DNA from: Trichoplax sp. H2
Lineage: Eukaryota
Length of the DNA stretch: 64,000 bases
Assembly (NCBI GenBank): GCA_003344405.1
Contig: NOWV01000123.1
Location: forward strand, 62,001 to 126,000
Reading direction: 5' to 3'
Positions 1-14,233 of this stretch are shown one piece after another. A model generated the notes under the pieces. The model made no database searches and was not told where the DNA came from. It saw nothing but the letters and a program-made list of their open reading frames with translations. The translations under genes and the position numbers were made by a program. Numbering within the stretch: the first letter of the stretch is position 1; each line of letters starts with the position of its first letter.

Positions 1-3000
1 TAATAAGTAATTGTTCCATAATCTTAATATTTCTCAATTAATAATAGAAAAAATCTAAAATATCTTGCTATAAGCATAACAATTAGCTATTTTATCACTT
101 ACATCTATCTAAAGATGATCGTATACTAAAATATCGAAGAGAATTATTGTAGGAAACATCTGCTTATTATTAAAGTATAATTGTCTCTTCCTTCTTTTAC
201 GACTCGTTTTATCATCAATGAATATTATTCTAGATATTAATACTTCTGGTGTACGTGGAAGAAAAGGATTTGCTTTCTAATTCATCAACATTTTCTGCAT
301 GAACGTTATTGTATTGAGACAGTATTTTATAGATTTTAGCTCATATTTTTTTCCATACACTTCTTATAGGAGTTTTAAATTGAGTAAAATCATTATGATA
401 AATAAATTACTGGGCTAATATTATTTCATTGCTTTCACCATTATTTCTCAATCTCAAACTTATATCAAGATATGAAATATTTTTTGTTGATAGAAATAAA
501 TTTATAAATAAACAGTAATAATAAAAGTTATCAAATTTATTATATGCCTTTACTTCTTTTCGATATCAGTAGCATCAATGTTCAGCTATACTGATCAGTA
601 ACTCTAACAGTAATGTTTATATCATTGATTTATGCCGCTTACTGCTCTAGTATAAAGCTTATTGTCGATTTATTATACAGTTTAGCCTATTAAATGCCAG
701 TAGTACTCAACCCATTTTAAGTTAAAATTCCTTAAACATAACAATTTGCTCTTACTTTATGTTTTCTAATAGTGTTCCATTTTTACTCTACAATACACTA
801 AAAATTATTCTTTGAAAGTACCATCTGATGGATAACAGTTAATATTCACAAGTCCTGTTTTATCATTGACGCTATATATTAGATTGAGATATAATTAAGG
901 TAGATAAGGCATGTATTTTTAAGATAATCGAGAATAGAATATCGCTCCTACAGTAATTTAAGTAAATTTGAAGTTGTAAGAAGTGACAGGGGTCACCAGC
1001 TCATTGAAATTGGATATGAATTATCGACTGAAAAAAATGTAATTAATTCAGCCATATTTGCGCATTATATTGCAATATCATTGGTACAACAAAATTTTGT
1101 AAATATAGTAGAACTTTCTGTATTTTATTCAAATATCAACCGTAAGCAATTCTTTTTAAATGCAATTTGTATAATTTGTGTACCATATTTCGTTATTGAT
1201 ATTTCTTGTGTCGTCAATAACATTCAAGTTGTTCGGTAAAAGAATTGATTAATGACATGTAATACTGTATAACTGTAGCGTAGTTGTCATGTTAACAGTA
1301 CATAATCTAATGAATAGGCCATGGCCTTTCACCTCTATAAGTTATTTTAATAAATGGCGCATTGCTAGTAGTTACAAAGATTATAAAGTAAATGAACGCT
1401 AGATTTAAGATTAATTGTTTTTTAACAAACCTCTCTTATCATTTACCTACCATTATTACCTTTCCATCGTACCAGGCGTTTTTCTAATTCCAGTCGCAGT
1501 ATCTTACTAATATATCTTCTATGTAATTTCAGATTTTATGAAATTTCTGAGTTTATTTGTAAATTATACCGAATAAACACTTTCGAGAAAAGATTTCGAA
1601 GTATCTTATGTCATTATCAAAATTTTTTAATATAATAACTTGAACATATCACGCCGATTGAGAAGATTTTTCTATTTTATAGAAAAAGTACGCATATGGG
1701 ATTATGTTCATGTATTTCATAGATGAAGTTAATACTAATTCTAAATTATTGAAGCATCGTGAGTCGGCCTAACTGATCATTGACTTCGAGAATAGAATTT
1801 GTTCAACATGATGTTACTAATAGAAGTAATGATAGCAATTGTAATAATATCGACCGATCTAAATTGAAACTAGATTCCAATAAAATCAGTATGTTGCTTT
1901 AATATCATTAAAATGATAAAATAACGGATTGAAAATTCATTTAAAGTTCTCAGCATACGAGTATTAAAGGATTCATTTCATTATACAGTGGTTATTGAAT
2001 TTGGTAATGTAAGATTGCCATGATGGTGAATACCAATAATGAACACTTAATCTGAGAAATAGCAGTTTATATTAAAAATTCAACTAGCAAAGCTGTTTGA
2101 AATTCGATACATTTTAAAAGTTATCCTTATTTAAAATGAAACTATTAATATAATAGTTATCGGTGCAATAAAGCCACTATAGTACAGATTTTACCAAAGG
2201 TTGTATGAGCAATTCCACATCATTGAAGTAATTATAAGCTGGTAGCATTAGTAACTAAATGAATATTACTTCTAACTGTTGAACTTATTCTTATGATTAA
2301 GGATATTCTAGTGTTAAAACATGAGCTGCTAAAAAGCATTGGCATCGAATTGTCTACGACTGCATACATGAAGTTGTCACGGTACGAACTACCGTGAAGA
2401 AATAGCTATCTAAATTTGGTTAATATAATATAGTGATATTATATTACAACTAGTTACTTATAATAGGAATTACTCTAATTATAAATGTGTTAGAGTAAAT
2501 TTAATGCTGTGCTGTAATGTGTACTGAAATGATTCTGTGAATAGACATGTTGTAGTCCGAATGTGAAAAACTAGTTAGTAGATGTTCTCACCCAAGTATT
2601 TTTATAAGATGACTCATGAATGTTAGCTGCTGTAGAAGGGTATATAAGCCCGTCAGATATTTAAATAAAGTAGTTCTCAATTGTCTAGTTGAATTTAACG
2701 TAGAATCAAAGGCGTCTAAATTCTTGTGAGGGAGTTAAGGGATACTGAATCCCAGAGACTATAGTAATTTAGAGATTTTTTTTACGTTATCCTTGTCACG
2801 AAGCTGGTTTGTGACAGAAGTCAGTATAAATAAGTCGTTGCAAAAATAAGTTCGTCGAAGATCGTAATGCTAGTCTATAATGTCCTTCCGTCTAATAATA
2901 CTACTGTCATACAAGGTAATACTTATTTCGATTTTTATCTTTATTGTGCTCTATATCCAGACCCTAATTAATACCAATTTGAAACGTAGCTGAACCATAT

Positions 3001-5756
3001 ATCTTGACACGCAGTAAAATATAAAGTAAAGAATGCAATCTCGCAACGATTATAAAAGAACATCTGGGGCCATTTGAAGTAGAGCTGTGATATATAATAT
3101 CATCCACTTGATCCTAGCTTAAAATGGTCTAATTTAATCTTTCAGTTTTATAGTCTTCGAAATTAAAGATAGAAATTCTGAATCCCTGAAAATTTCATTA
3201 TTCAAGCGAATAATGCAATAATTAAATTACTCATCTTTTTATATCTTAAAATAATTATTATTTGAAGCAGAATTTGTTTTTGACTCCTTATAATGGCCTT
3301 CCATTAACATCTGGGTAGTATACAAACGAGTGAACAATTGAAATCTTAGATACTTTCTTAACATGAGTATATCGGATATTCGTTTTCATGTGGCATACTT
3401 ACCTATTTTGTCTTCATGCTGTTCCCTATGCTTTTCATAAACGTTAAGCAGTAAATGAACGATTTTCTTTCAGCCAATTTGTTATATAAATCTAACGATT
3501 ATCATTAAACTATACGAATATACCGTAAATCATTAAAATTTGGTGAAAGGAATAAATGGATTTAATAAAACATACTGTCGTTTGGGTACTGAAAATATCG
3601 TGGCATTCAAGTTTAATTTTTTCCCTGATATATTAAAATTTTTAATCATTAGTGCTCCAGCGAATAAAATTCATGACTGGGTATTACAGAATTATTATTC
3701 ATAAAGTGCCAAACTTGATAATTAATTAGCTCTAACTTATTTTAGTCATGAATTGACTATTGTTATTCGATCATTATCGTCGGCAATCCAAGTTTATCAC
3801 TGATTAAAATTGAAAAAAAGTTAATGAAGGTCTGAATATTATACGTATCGATGAGACAGATAAATTTATCTGTGAATTTAATCTACATGTTAAATAGCCA
3901 TTACTGTTCAGATAAACATAGCGATAGATTTGCAATAATAATTTAAATTGAACATACATTTAGTATTTTTTATTTTCTTATTATACAGCCCGTTAAATAT
4001 TGTTCCGAAAATAGAAACCGAGTAATTCTATACTGTAATTTACCTTAATTTTGTATCCACATCAAAGATGACTTATATTTTTTGAATCTATTACATAATA
4101 GATATGGGATCATGGTAAAAATAAATTTTGACACTGCCCTGTAATTAACTATACTGTCCTAGTGAATTATTATTAAATTTTAAGTAATACTATATTTTAA
4201 TTCAGGATTAAATCATATTTACAAATAATCTTTATGATACCTACCGTAAAACTACATTGAGGATATGAGTCATAGCTAGAACAATTTATGAAATTTCTCA
4301 ATAATGAGTTTAGCTAACTTCAATTACTGCTAATTTAAAATTTAAGTAAAGCCATAGTTTTAATTCAGTAATACAGCTATCTTGCTGAATCTGTAGCAAG
4401 TCTGAAGTTCATTAATGGAAAGTCTGGCTCACAATGAATATACTTTTGGCTTAGATCAGTTATCGCTAAACTTCAAGATAGCTAATACCTTGATTTTTTC
4501 AGTATTACCATATGTCTTTTAACTTGGTAACCTTTCGGAGTATGAGTAGCAACATTAAGCAAGTTAGCTGGAATAAATGAGCGTATGGATCTAATAAGCT
4601 AGCTGATGACTTAAAAGTTTAAATTTTCAGAATTAGCTTCCTTAATTTAACTACAATATGTTAGTTCTATCGTTATTAATTTCATTGTCAATTACCTGTT
4701 TTAAAATTTGTGAAAATATAATTTATAATTAATTCAATCTTTTCGTTTTTACTCTGTAGGTCAATAACCTGAATTATGCTCTCATAATATATTACAATAA
4801 CAGTGAGGATATTCATCAGCTTCGGGATATAACACGAATTTAATTTAAATAAATGCATTTGTGGAGTAATTAACAGTCAGTTATCATTAATAGTATTACT
4901 GATGGCATGATTCAAATCGAATGGGGAAAAGAAATTTACACAAAATGGTGTCCTGCACATAGTTTTTATTATGATCAAATAATTAATTATACGGCATTAT
5001 CACTTTCTATTTGATTACACAAATGCAAAAAAATTGATTAAACAATTATTAAAGATTTGACTATAATCAAATGGAATTGCACTTTGCTGACTACAGAATG
5101 AGTAAAATCATGATAGTAAAAAATTTTTGTCCGTACCCGTATGGCTATAATGTAACTGCTTGTACTTAATAAAAGTACAGCGAATTGTAGACATCAGACT
5201 AAATGACATTGTCTGATTAGACAAAAGCAATTTCTGAACTTATTTAGATATTTTACTTATTTTAAAGAAAGGACATACTAATTAGTTTGATTTTAATAAT
5301 AGCTAATTCGAGAACTGGCTATCTTTATGAATTGAGGAAAGAAATAAAAACTAGAGATGAAAAGATATTTAAGTATTGCAAAACGTAGAATTGTTAAAAG
5401 TGTTGAACTTATAATAGAAACAACTATTAATATAGTACTATTCCTGTTCTGAGAATTAGATAAGAAAATGATATAATTAATTACTGTGATTGAAAATACG
5501 AGTATAAGCGATTTTAAGTGTGGAATGTATAACTGAATACCTAATCATCTTCTTTTTAACGCTAAATATAGCAAACTCAATGATAAATTTCTTCCATAAT
5601 GTTGGACAAGCGAATATTGAGATCAAATCAGATTTCTTTTCATATCGATAGCAATCGGTCCTTCTTTGGTCATTTAAGTCAATCAAATCATTCTGTAAGC
5701 CCAATTGATGTCATATTCATTCAAGTAAGCTCGATTTAAGCCCAAAAATCTATCGA

Positions 5757-6899
5757 TTATCCATGATAACTAGCAACGGTTCGTCGACTCTCTATAACAG
5801 TTATTGTAGTAGAATTATTACTGCGGATTGATTCGGCCTTATTAATTACGGTCTTAGTTATAAGAACACAACAACAACATTGAAGGAAGTTGGTCAATTT
5901 TTGGGAATATAACTTTGCAAAGATGATATAAATGGTAGGATGGATAGCTGGACTAAGGTAAAAGAATATCATCATAATGGGTGATGTATCTTGCCATAAT
6001 GCTGCCCTAACAAATGCTAAGGATAAGAGATCGCTTATCAAAGCAATTAAACCTGGTATCCATGACAGTAGCTGGATAAGCATCATACAACTAGTTAACC
6101 AAACTATTTGCATCTCATATTGACGTCGACGCAAATGCTGATAGATTGGAGGACCGCGTAAAAAGATGATGCTATAAAGCAAAATAATAGCCAAAAACAT
6201 GATTAAAAGTATACCAATAACAGTCCATATAATCACTTTTAATATTAAATCTGTATGATGGCCAATGTAACACAGGTTTTGCAATATGTGGCCGAGCTGT
6301 TTAGAATTTCCATTCGGTAACATTAAGAAACGTGTGCTATATGTCAACGTCATCACAAATCCAAACAACCAACAGCTTAACATCATGATATGAGCTACTT
6401 TGAAAGTGATTCTATTCTTGCGTTTAGGATAACAAACACAAATAGTTCGATCGATGGCCATAACTAAGGAAATCATCACTGATGCGGTTAAGGATATCAT
6501 TGAAAAAAAACGCGCTATCGTACACGTTGAATTAATTACTGCTTCAATAGCTTGAGTTTTACTTAGTGTTAAGTTATCATGCTTTGATTGTCCTAGAGCA
6601 GAATAAGCTGTATCATAATTATTAATGAGGTATAAATCAGTATTAGCAATCATAAATAAATAAATTGCGCCAGACATATTGGCCAGGCACAAATTGATCA
6701 AGAAAATTTGTGGGATTCGTAGAAATGTTTCATCAATGCGATAGTGCTGTGGGTGAATTTTTCGTGGCAGCAACTTAATTATCGTCAGTTTAAATGCCAA
6801 CAAATATGCATTACCTAAAATGCCCATAATACTTAGTGCCCATGTAAGAGTGCGTATTACAGTTAATTGGACATTTGAGGTACTCGTTTGATCCAACAT
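5757..6899 (-). CDS. Intronless class A (rhodopsin-like) GPCR, LGR/RXFP-like 7TM core without an LRR ectodomain
   Basis: ORF 5757..6944; first ATG at 6899 gives 380 aa. Seven hydrophobic segments: TM1 GILGN; TM2 FLINLCLANMSGAIYLFMIANTDLY (resembles the LGR-type NLAxADxxMGxYLxxIAxxD); TM3 CTIARFFSMISLTASV..AIDRTICVCYP; TM6 SWIP; TM7 HPTIY. Cys cluster in the C-terminal tail. Confidence 0.9.
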   Translation of the reverse strand: MLDQTSTSNVQLTVIRTLTWALSIMGILGNAYLLAFKLTIIKLLPRKIHPQHYRIDETFLRIPQIFLINLCLANMSGAIYLFMIANTDLYLINNYDTAYSALGQSKHDNLTLSKTQAIEAVINSTCTIARFFSMISLTASVMISLVMAIDRTICVCYPKRKNRITFKVAHIMMLSCWLFGFVMTLTYSTRFLMLPNGNSKQLGHILQNLCYIGHHTDLILKVIIWTVIGILLIMFLAIILLYSIIFLRGPPIYQHLRRRQYEMQIVWLTSCMMLIQLLSWIPGLIALISDLLSLAFVRAALWQDTSPIMMIFFYLSPAIHPTIYIIFAKLYSQKLTNFLQCCCCVLITKTVINKAESIRSNNSTTITVIESRRTVASYHG

Positions 6900-9800
6900 G
6901 ATTGCAATAGAAGCGATTTTCAATTCAACTTTTAAAATATCCACAAAATAGAAAGTTACATAGGAATACTCAGGTTGAAAGAATTTCCAACGATGAATAT
7001 TGTCAGGCTACACCTCAAATGACGATAAGTTTTACTAGCAATACCAGAGTTTAGGTGAAATTTATTGTTATGAGCATTGCTCGTGGCTAGATGCTAACAT
7101 AAAGCGTAAAGATGGAAGTTAAATTGTACTATCTTATCTATCAGAATGATCATTAGATAATTATATCTCTGTCTATAATATTTCCTATTGTATCTTGGGA
7201 TACTTATCTATCGTCGTCACTTCCATATCATTGTTTTGCTTGTTTACTCGAATGAGATATTATCCAAGCATAACTCCCGGTCCGCTCCCTTTCATCTTCT
7301 GCATACCATTATCGGATTGTAAGGCTAAAGACATTAAGATGAGAAAACGAATTTTAAGCCATCCTTTTCATTGATAATATCCGTGTAATGCTTTTACATC
7401 TAATCTTTTGTAAATCATAAACCAAGGCCAACAGTAGATTAAACGAAAGCATAATACCAAAATTCAATGATGATGAAACCTATTGTCTAGATTTGCAGAC
7501 TTGATTGTAATCAATTTTCGTCTCAAAGTATGGGAAATTATTGAATACAACAGAAGTTGGAAATAAAATATTAAGCTATTGTATAGTTATTCTAATGTAC
7601 CTGAAGCTGAAGTTATCGTGACCATATTGTTTGAATCTTAATAGTTCTACTGCTGTACTACCGTTAGAAGCAAAATTTGATATGCATGTTCCTATATTTA
7701 AATCAGGAATAGAAAAGGACGAAAGAAATGCTTCTTTAAGATGATTTTAGACGTTAAAAGTCTAAAATATTTTAGCAGACATCAATCAGAGTTAAATGAA
7801 GTTTAGCAGATTGTCTCGATCTTTAGTGGTTAAATGTTGTTTCATAATCATTTAAGTATTAATAAAGTTCTTAACTTTAAATATTACTGATTTATTCAGA
7901 GACAAGTTTCCATGGAAAAACAACTAAAGAATCAAGTAGATACGGTTATACCATTATTTTCTTTTAAATTAGCCTACAATAAAAGTCACTACTACAGAAG
8001 GATTGTTTAATTAAAGCTAAGTTTTACGTGTATGTTGATTTAACAATGGCATTTTGCAGGATGTAAACAACGATAGTTATGGCAACGACGAAATATAAGC
8101 AAAAATTGACCTTAATCATCACATACTGAGTACCTTAATAAGTATTATTTGTATGACTATGAAATATATTTTTAGTTGCCATATGGATTACTCCAGGAAT
8201 ACATAAGTGATAAATAATTATGTAGCATAGATGTGGAAGGACGGTATTCTTCGCCTATAAGTATATATAATACAATTTAACAGGCGCGAAACATATTCTC
8301 TTAGCATGGTATTAACGTTAAAGTTGCAAATGTTTGCAATATTTACATAAAGAGTGGTTATAGGTAAAGAATAGAGGCGGGAAGTATAGATTGGCGAAGC
8401 TTTTAAAATAATTATCTTACGTTAGTACTTGCAGTTAACCAGATATAAAGCACTATTGCTGATTACTAATTGACAATTTATTATCAATATTGATCTGCAG
8501 ATTTATTATTATCATTTGAAATATTTATTCGCTTTAATCAATCTCTAGCCATTTCTTTTTGGCTCTCTTATCTTTCTCGCTAATATATTTTTTATGATAG
8601 TAAATATTTTAGATCTTCCATTAGTTCAATTCTAAGTAAATACAGTCATTGCATAGGATAGATTCAGATCATAATTAATAGGTATCACGATCGGTATACG
8701 ATCGATAAGATTGTTCGTAAATTATCTATGCTTTACCAATGGATGACGTTAGTGTCGTTTATATATTTATCTTAAGATATATTTAGTAGCCCATAATTAT
8801 AGACTGAATGATAGATGCTATGCTAGAGTGCGAATGACTATATACAGTACAATAAGATGCTGAGCTACTAATAAGGTTAGAGGTAAAAATAGAACTGTAA
8901 ATCATATATTAGGATATGGTTAGCTCATTATACTTTAAGTGGTAGAAATAATGTCTTCAAAATCACTGTAATCGTTTCCATTTTGGAATAATGGTGGTTC
9001 GCTGTAAAATAAAGTTACTAATAATAGCTTGATTAAATATAAAATAGGGTAAAATGTTGCTATGCTGATTGTAGCTGCGAAGGCTGCGGAGAGTATAAAA
9101 CAGGCGACATTAGATTATCTATTAGTTCTTTCTAGGAGTCTTTCAGTAGTTATATTCGGCTAGAGTAGAGTTGTGTGTATCTAATCTTAGCATTAGATCT
9201 AATAGAGTTCTAATTTTCTAGAAATTTTGAATTTTAGTGATTGGGTTTTATCACGGAGGGTTTACCTTATTTTTCTACTATCTAAATTTATCTGACGAAA
9301 TAAAACGTGTATCATATCTTTGCTTTCTTCTCAATTCTTTTAATTAATCCTATTTAGAATTATTAGCTTAAAAAAGCTATAATGGAGGAGGTCGAATTCT
9401 CTATACTAGTATGCTAAGAAAAAATAATAAAATTTCCTGCTTCAACGTCTAAGTTAGTATTTGTTTTTGCCCTCCTATCAAATCATATTAAGGATTACGG
9501 AAAGCACGTTTATTAAACTCTTTTTATTACTGTTTTCTACTTTTCTTGATCTTTTTTAATATACAGTAGATTTGTGAATAGTATGATCATTGCATCAAGA
9601 AAACTAGTAATTGCTTGCTAGATTAAATGAGAGATAGCAGGATTACCTTAATGCATTCATTTTGGTATCATTCATTTATACCTTAATTAATACTGTATTG
9701 CTTTTGATTATCCCTTATTCCGTATTTCACAACTGTAGGTATTTATAGGATATCAATTCGATAGCTTAAGGTACAAGTGAATTTTAAGTTTTGCAGCAGA

Positions 9801-12800
9801 TTTACTTATCATGGTATATTTGCCTCTTGTAATATTATGCAGATGCTATTAAGGGTTGATGGTAACGCAAGCCTTATGAGAGAGGAGATGGCATTTGACG
9901 AAAGTAATTTTATCATCTATTCACAACTCAGATTAAAACCATAAATTAGTGGCATTGAAGAGGAACAAGAATCTACAGTGTTATTGTACATACCATAATT
10001 ATGCTGTATGATATCATTGTATGGATGCTAAGTTTTAACTTTTATCAGTCTGTATTTGCATAGTACAAAAGTAGTAATGGATCCATTAGTTGGTAATTAA
10101 TCTTTTCAAAAAAGATCTTACACCACTAATTGTAGTAATGATGTAATAGCTTTCTATTTGACAAGGATTGTTTCATTAACATTAGTATCTTTTACTGGTT
10201 CCAGCCAATACAAAAAGCAAATATAGTTCAAAGTGATACCAAAGAACTGTAATAGCAGGAGACTATTACTCGGTCATTGCATTAATTTTTCATGAAGTAT
10301 TACGCTATTAGATTGATGTCGTATAGTATTTCGGACATTTAAAATTTATTATTGTAAAAATGTTATTAGTTTAATTTGAGATCAATTAAGCAGTTTTTGT
10401 TATTTGCTGATAAGTTTCAGTTATTGCTACAGTATAGTGAACGCAATCAGAAGCACATAGATAATAAAATTGCTATAGTCTAGACTTAAAATTGATATCT
10501 AACGGTGTTGTAAGAGATTGTAACGTAGTCATGAAATCGTAATCCTGAGATTTATGTCGATGTTGTGCAAAGCTTTAATAGAATAATCAAAATAGGAGGC
10601 GTAAAAATAAGAATACGTTTTATCGCAAATATCAAATAAACAATAAGAAATCGCTTTCAAATAATTCTGTTTTGATTATTAAAGAAATCGAAAATTAGCG
10701 CGTGTCAATAAAGACGCATGGTGAAAGCATAAGCCCTTATAATACTAAAAGTAAGCTTTTCTAAGAATTACACTATAATAATAAAAAGTGCGGTCATGGC
10801 ATTATGTTAGAATCAAGTATTTTTGGACAGCATTGTATTTCCTTGGGTGAGCTTCAAAAGAGAAAAGAAAAAGTAGTATTAAAAATTTAACATTGTATGA
10901 GAAATTCCAATCTTTGATGAATGCTCAGTAGATTTATTTAGCAATGTTTACCTTACATATGATATATACAGTACTCGTATTAACGTATTTACAATCTGAA
11001 AAAATTAAAATGGTTTGTTCTCAATTACTAACCATAGCATACTGTATAATTTAATAGCTATTTAACGTGATTAAATGCATATTTATTTCTTTACAAATCC
11101 TAGAAACACCTGCCATTAATGGTACATAAAGTTTTATGATAATCGATAAAAATCATATTATTATTCATCACGAAAGAACAATCTATTTCATTATAGTTCT
11201 AATTTTTAAAGAATAATGCCTAAGATTCTTACCATCTTTAGACTTTATTATATATTTCTCCGTTTGCTGTTAAACGATTAATCTTGAAAGCATTTATTTG
11301 TTATTAAACAATTAAATGACACCCATTTTAGGTTGAATTAACCGTGAATTTGTTATGGTGTCTTAATTTGGTACTATGATTACATAGTTAATAGATAGAT
11401 TAGTTTGTCCGGATCTTAAATTCTCTTAAAAGATTATAGTATGACTAGATTTTCTACCCATAATTTAGTGTTGTTATAAGTCTTTAAAATCCCCGTCGTG
11501 CTGCTTATAAATTATAATTTTATAATAGTTGTTGCATTATGTAAAAATTAAAGCACCACTGTTTCTAAGTCTTCAATTAAAATTCCAATTTCTATGTTCC
11601 TGTGCCAAATTTACTGCGCTTATCCTTTGCAGCCGCTAAATTTGGTGCTATAGTATCTCTAACGCCTATTTGTTAGGAGGTTTTCTATATAAGTGAAATA
11701 AATACCTGATATTCATATATATTTATTGTCTTTGGGCTTGTATATATAGTGATTCTAAATAGGGCCCAGATGTGAGGCTTAATCTCACGATTTAAGAAAG
11801 ATTAGGTGATTTAGCCAAAAGCTGTCAGTGAGAATATATCAATTGATCTGGCATTCTAAGTACTGTTTTAAGAATCATCAAAGAGAGTTTAAAGCGCAAA
11901 TATTGCTTCTAGCTTTTATTTAGTCATACTAACTTATTGCTACTTACAAACAAACATTGTCGCTAATTTCAAGCTACGGATTTGCTGTTTTGTAATTGTA
12001 CCATCAATTAAATCTAGATAGGATCTGTCTTTCACTCACCTTTCATTATCTAATTGCTTGTCAAATAGCGTCAGCAGTTTTAAAAAGCTTAATATGTTTA
12101 TGCTTACGTGAAGGGAGCATTAATGACAAAGTTAAATGTAAGGTATTGATTACGAAATTCTATATATTTAGGTGTTAATAGTTGCTGAATTCTGTGGATA
12201 ATCCTCTTTAGAAGATTAGACGTCTCAATCGGATACAGTAGGAAACTTTTCTAGAAATGCTCTGATCCTTCCTTCTACATGGGTATATGCTAATTTTTTT
12301 AGCTAGGTTACGGGTGGTACTTACGAGCCAATTTGTCTGAATAATTTATCACAGTAGAAATTTGCTTATAATTTATTAAGTAGCAAACCATAATCGATAA
12401 GATGGCTTTACATTAGTTGATTCTCTATATTGATGGGAAATAATATAAATGGTATCTTCGTTTTATTGACGATTAAAATATCTTAGACAGATGTTTTTTG
12501 CCTGTCAACTAATTTTATACCCAATGTCGATAGAATATCGACGTAAGCTGTAGTATGCTTGCGATATTGATATCAGTTGCGCGCGTTATATTAGTATTAT
12601 ATTAGTTGCTGATAGTAGGCCGTGCAGTCACTCTTTTTTTAGAGTGTAGAAGTACTTCGTAGTTTTAAGTTTTTTTTATATTTTATCAGGTCTGTTAGTT
12701 ATCAAAGTTGCCTTATTATTGTTTTGAACATCGTTTAATTGATTAAATTGATTTAAACTTAAATATATTTTATATTAAATTGATCTGAACTTAAAAAAAT

Positions 12801-13987
12801 TTTATATTAGTTGATGTTTGAAATATCTCAAGAAAATAAGTTGGTTAGATCAGTATTACAATTGTTTACGTGTAGAGATTAATAAGGACTAATACAATTA
12901 TTAATTAATTGTTAATTTATTAGTTTTAATATTTTACTTTCATATATTAACTAATTTCTTAATTAAAAGAGTTGAATTACTGATTGGAAATCTTTAATCA
13001 AAAGATTATACCTCTTGGCAATTTTCTCTAACTGACTAGAAAAGAGCCAGAATTGTGTTTGCTACGTAGTAATTTGCACAAATTTACTAATTTGGTGTTG
13101 ATATGATATTACTTTACAAACTGTAACTGGTATAGTATTTTACCGTAAAACTGAACAATAAAAACTACAAAATTGATTACGTCAACGTAAAATTCGTTGA
13201 TTCTTTTCTCTTGTTTTGCCCGGCCGTTATATTTTATGTACCTAAAGATAATATAAGCTTCTTATTATTCATTCAGTGGCTGATCTTTAACTAGGCAAGT
13301 GGGGAATTTGCTGTCTTCACAGTGTTATAATCCTGTTGCTTTTTGCCAACGGATTGATAACAATGAATGTATGGATACGTGTATTTCAGCGGTAGGTAGT
13401 GTGAAATACTAGTATTTCAAAAGCTTTGAATAGCGTATTGAGTACATTTGCATGGACCTTATTTTTTTGCTGATGCCAGAATTTTTTCGAATTTAAACAG
13501 CATTCATTTGATTTTATACTTTTTCTATTGCCTATCTCGTAGCTTCTGCTTGATTTTAATTCATGATGAGTCCATTATCTAGCTGAAGGACATATGCAAT
13601 TTACCCTTAAAGGTAATGATTTGGTTAGATTGAAAAGAGGCAATCTTTTCTACTGTATTTGTTTCGAAATATGACACATATTCATCTGGATTTGCTAACT
13701 GCGAACTGCTATGCTCATCGTATCAGCTTGATTGAATTTAATATGCCGGCTTGCTGAGGTTGTTCAGAACCGCAAGTTCATAAGTAAACAATTTTATAAA
13801 ATATGAAATGTTTATAATAAATAACGGCGTAGAATAACGACCATAAGATAATTCTGATATGGTAAGACTAATCTTTTTATTATGGTAAAATCATACCGTT
13901 ATTCAATATATCAGCGTTAGATGTTGTAGACTATGTTGATATCATTTCTAAGCGTAAAACTTTTAAAAATCATACGGAATACACTTT

Positions 13988-14100
13988 TGACCTAGATGAA
14001 CATATTATTTGTCTGCACGATACAAATGTTCCAGCTTAATTTATCTGCGTCAGCAGTTTCTAGTTAAGCCATCATACAATATGAATTTCATCTGAGATCA
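13988..14100 (-). promoter_or_regulatory. SECIS element (type II) in the 3' UTR of the DEP-PH-GPx gene
   Basis: Minus strand reads ATGAT-GGCTTAACTAG-AAA-CTGC-TGAC-GCAG-ATAAATTAAGCT-GGAA. Elements: AUGAN at 14075-14071; helix II (GGCTTAA/TTAAGCT); unpaired AAA at 14059-14057; apical mini-helix CTGC/GCAG; NGAN at 14032-14029. Lower helix TGATCTCAGATGAA..CATATTGT pairs with ATAATATG-TTCATCTAGGTCA. It lies about 160 nt downstream of the stop codon. Confidence 0.85.
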
Positions 14101-14233
14101 TATCAAGCATTAGACGGTATGATTTTAATACGTTGAGAAAGCTGATTACATGCTACTTCATTTTTCTAATAAGAAAAAAATCTAGGTAAACACATCTGTC
14201 AAATTAAGCCAATGTTTAGCGATGTGCCGGCTA

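Noticed and set aside
1-13900. Long AT-rich stretches flanking the GPCR, with small ORFs at 5477 and 11996
   Set aside because: No recognisable exons, repeats or RNA genes found by eye; treated as intergenic, though small exons could be missed.
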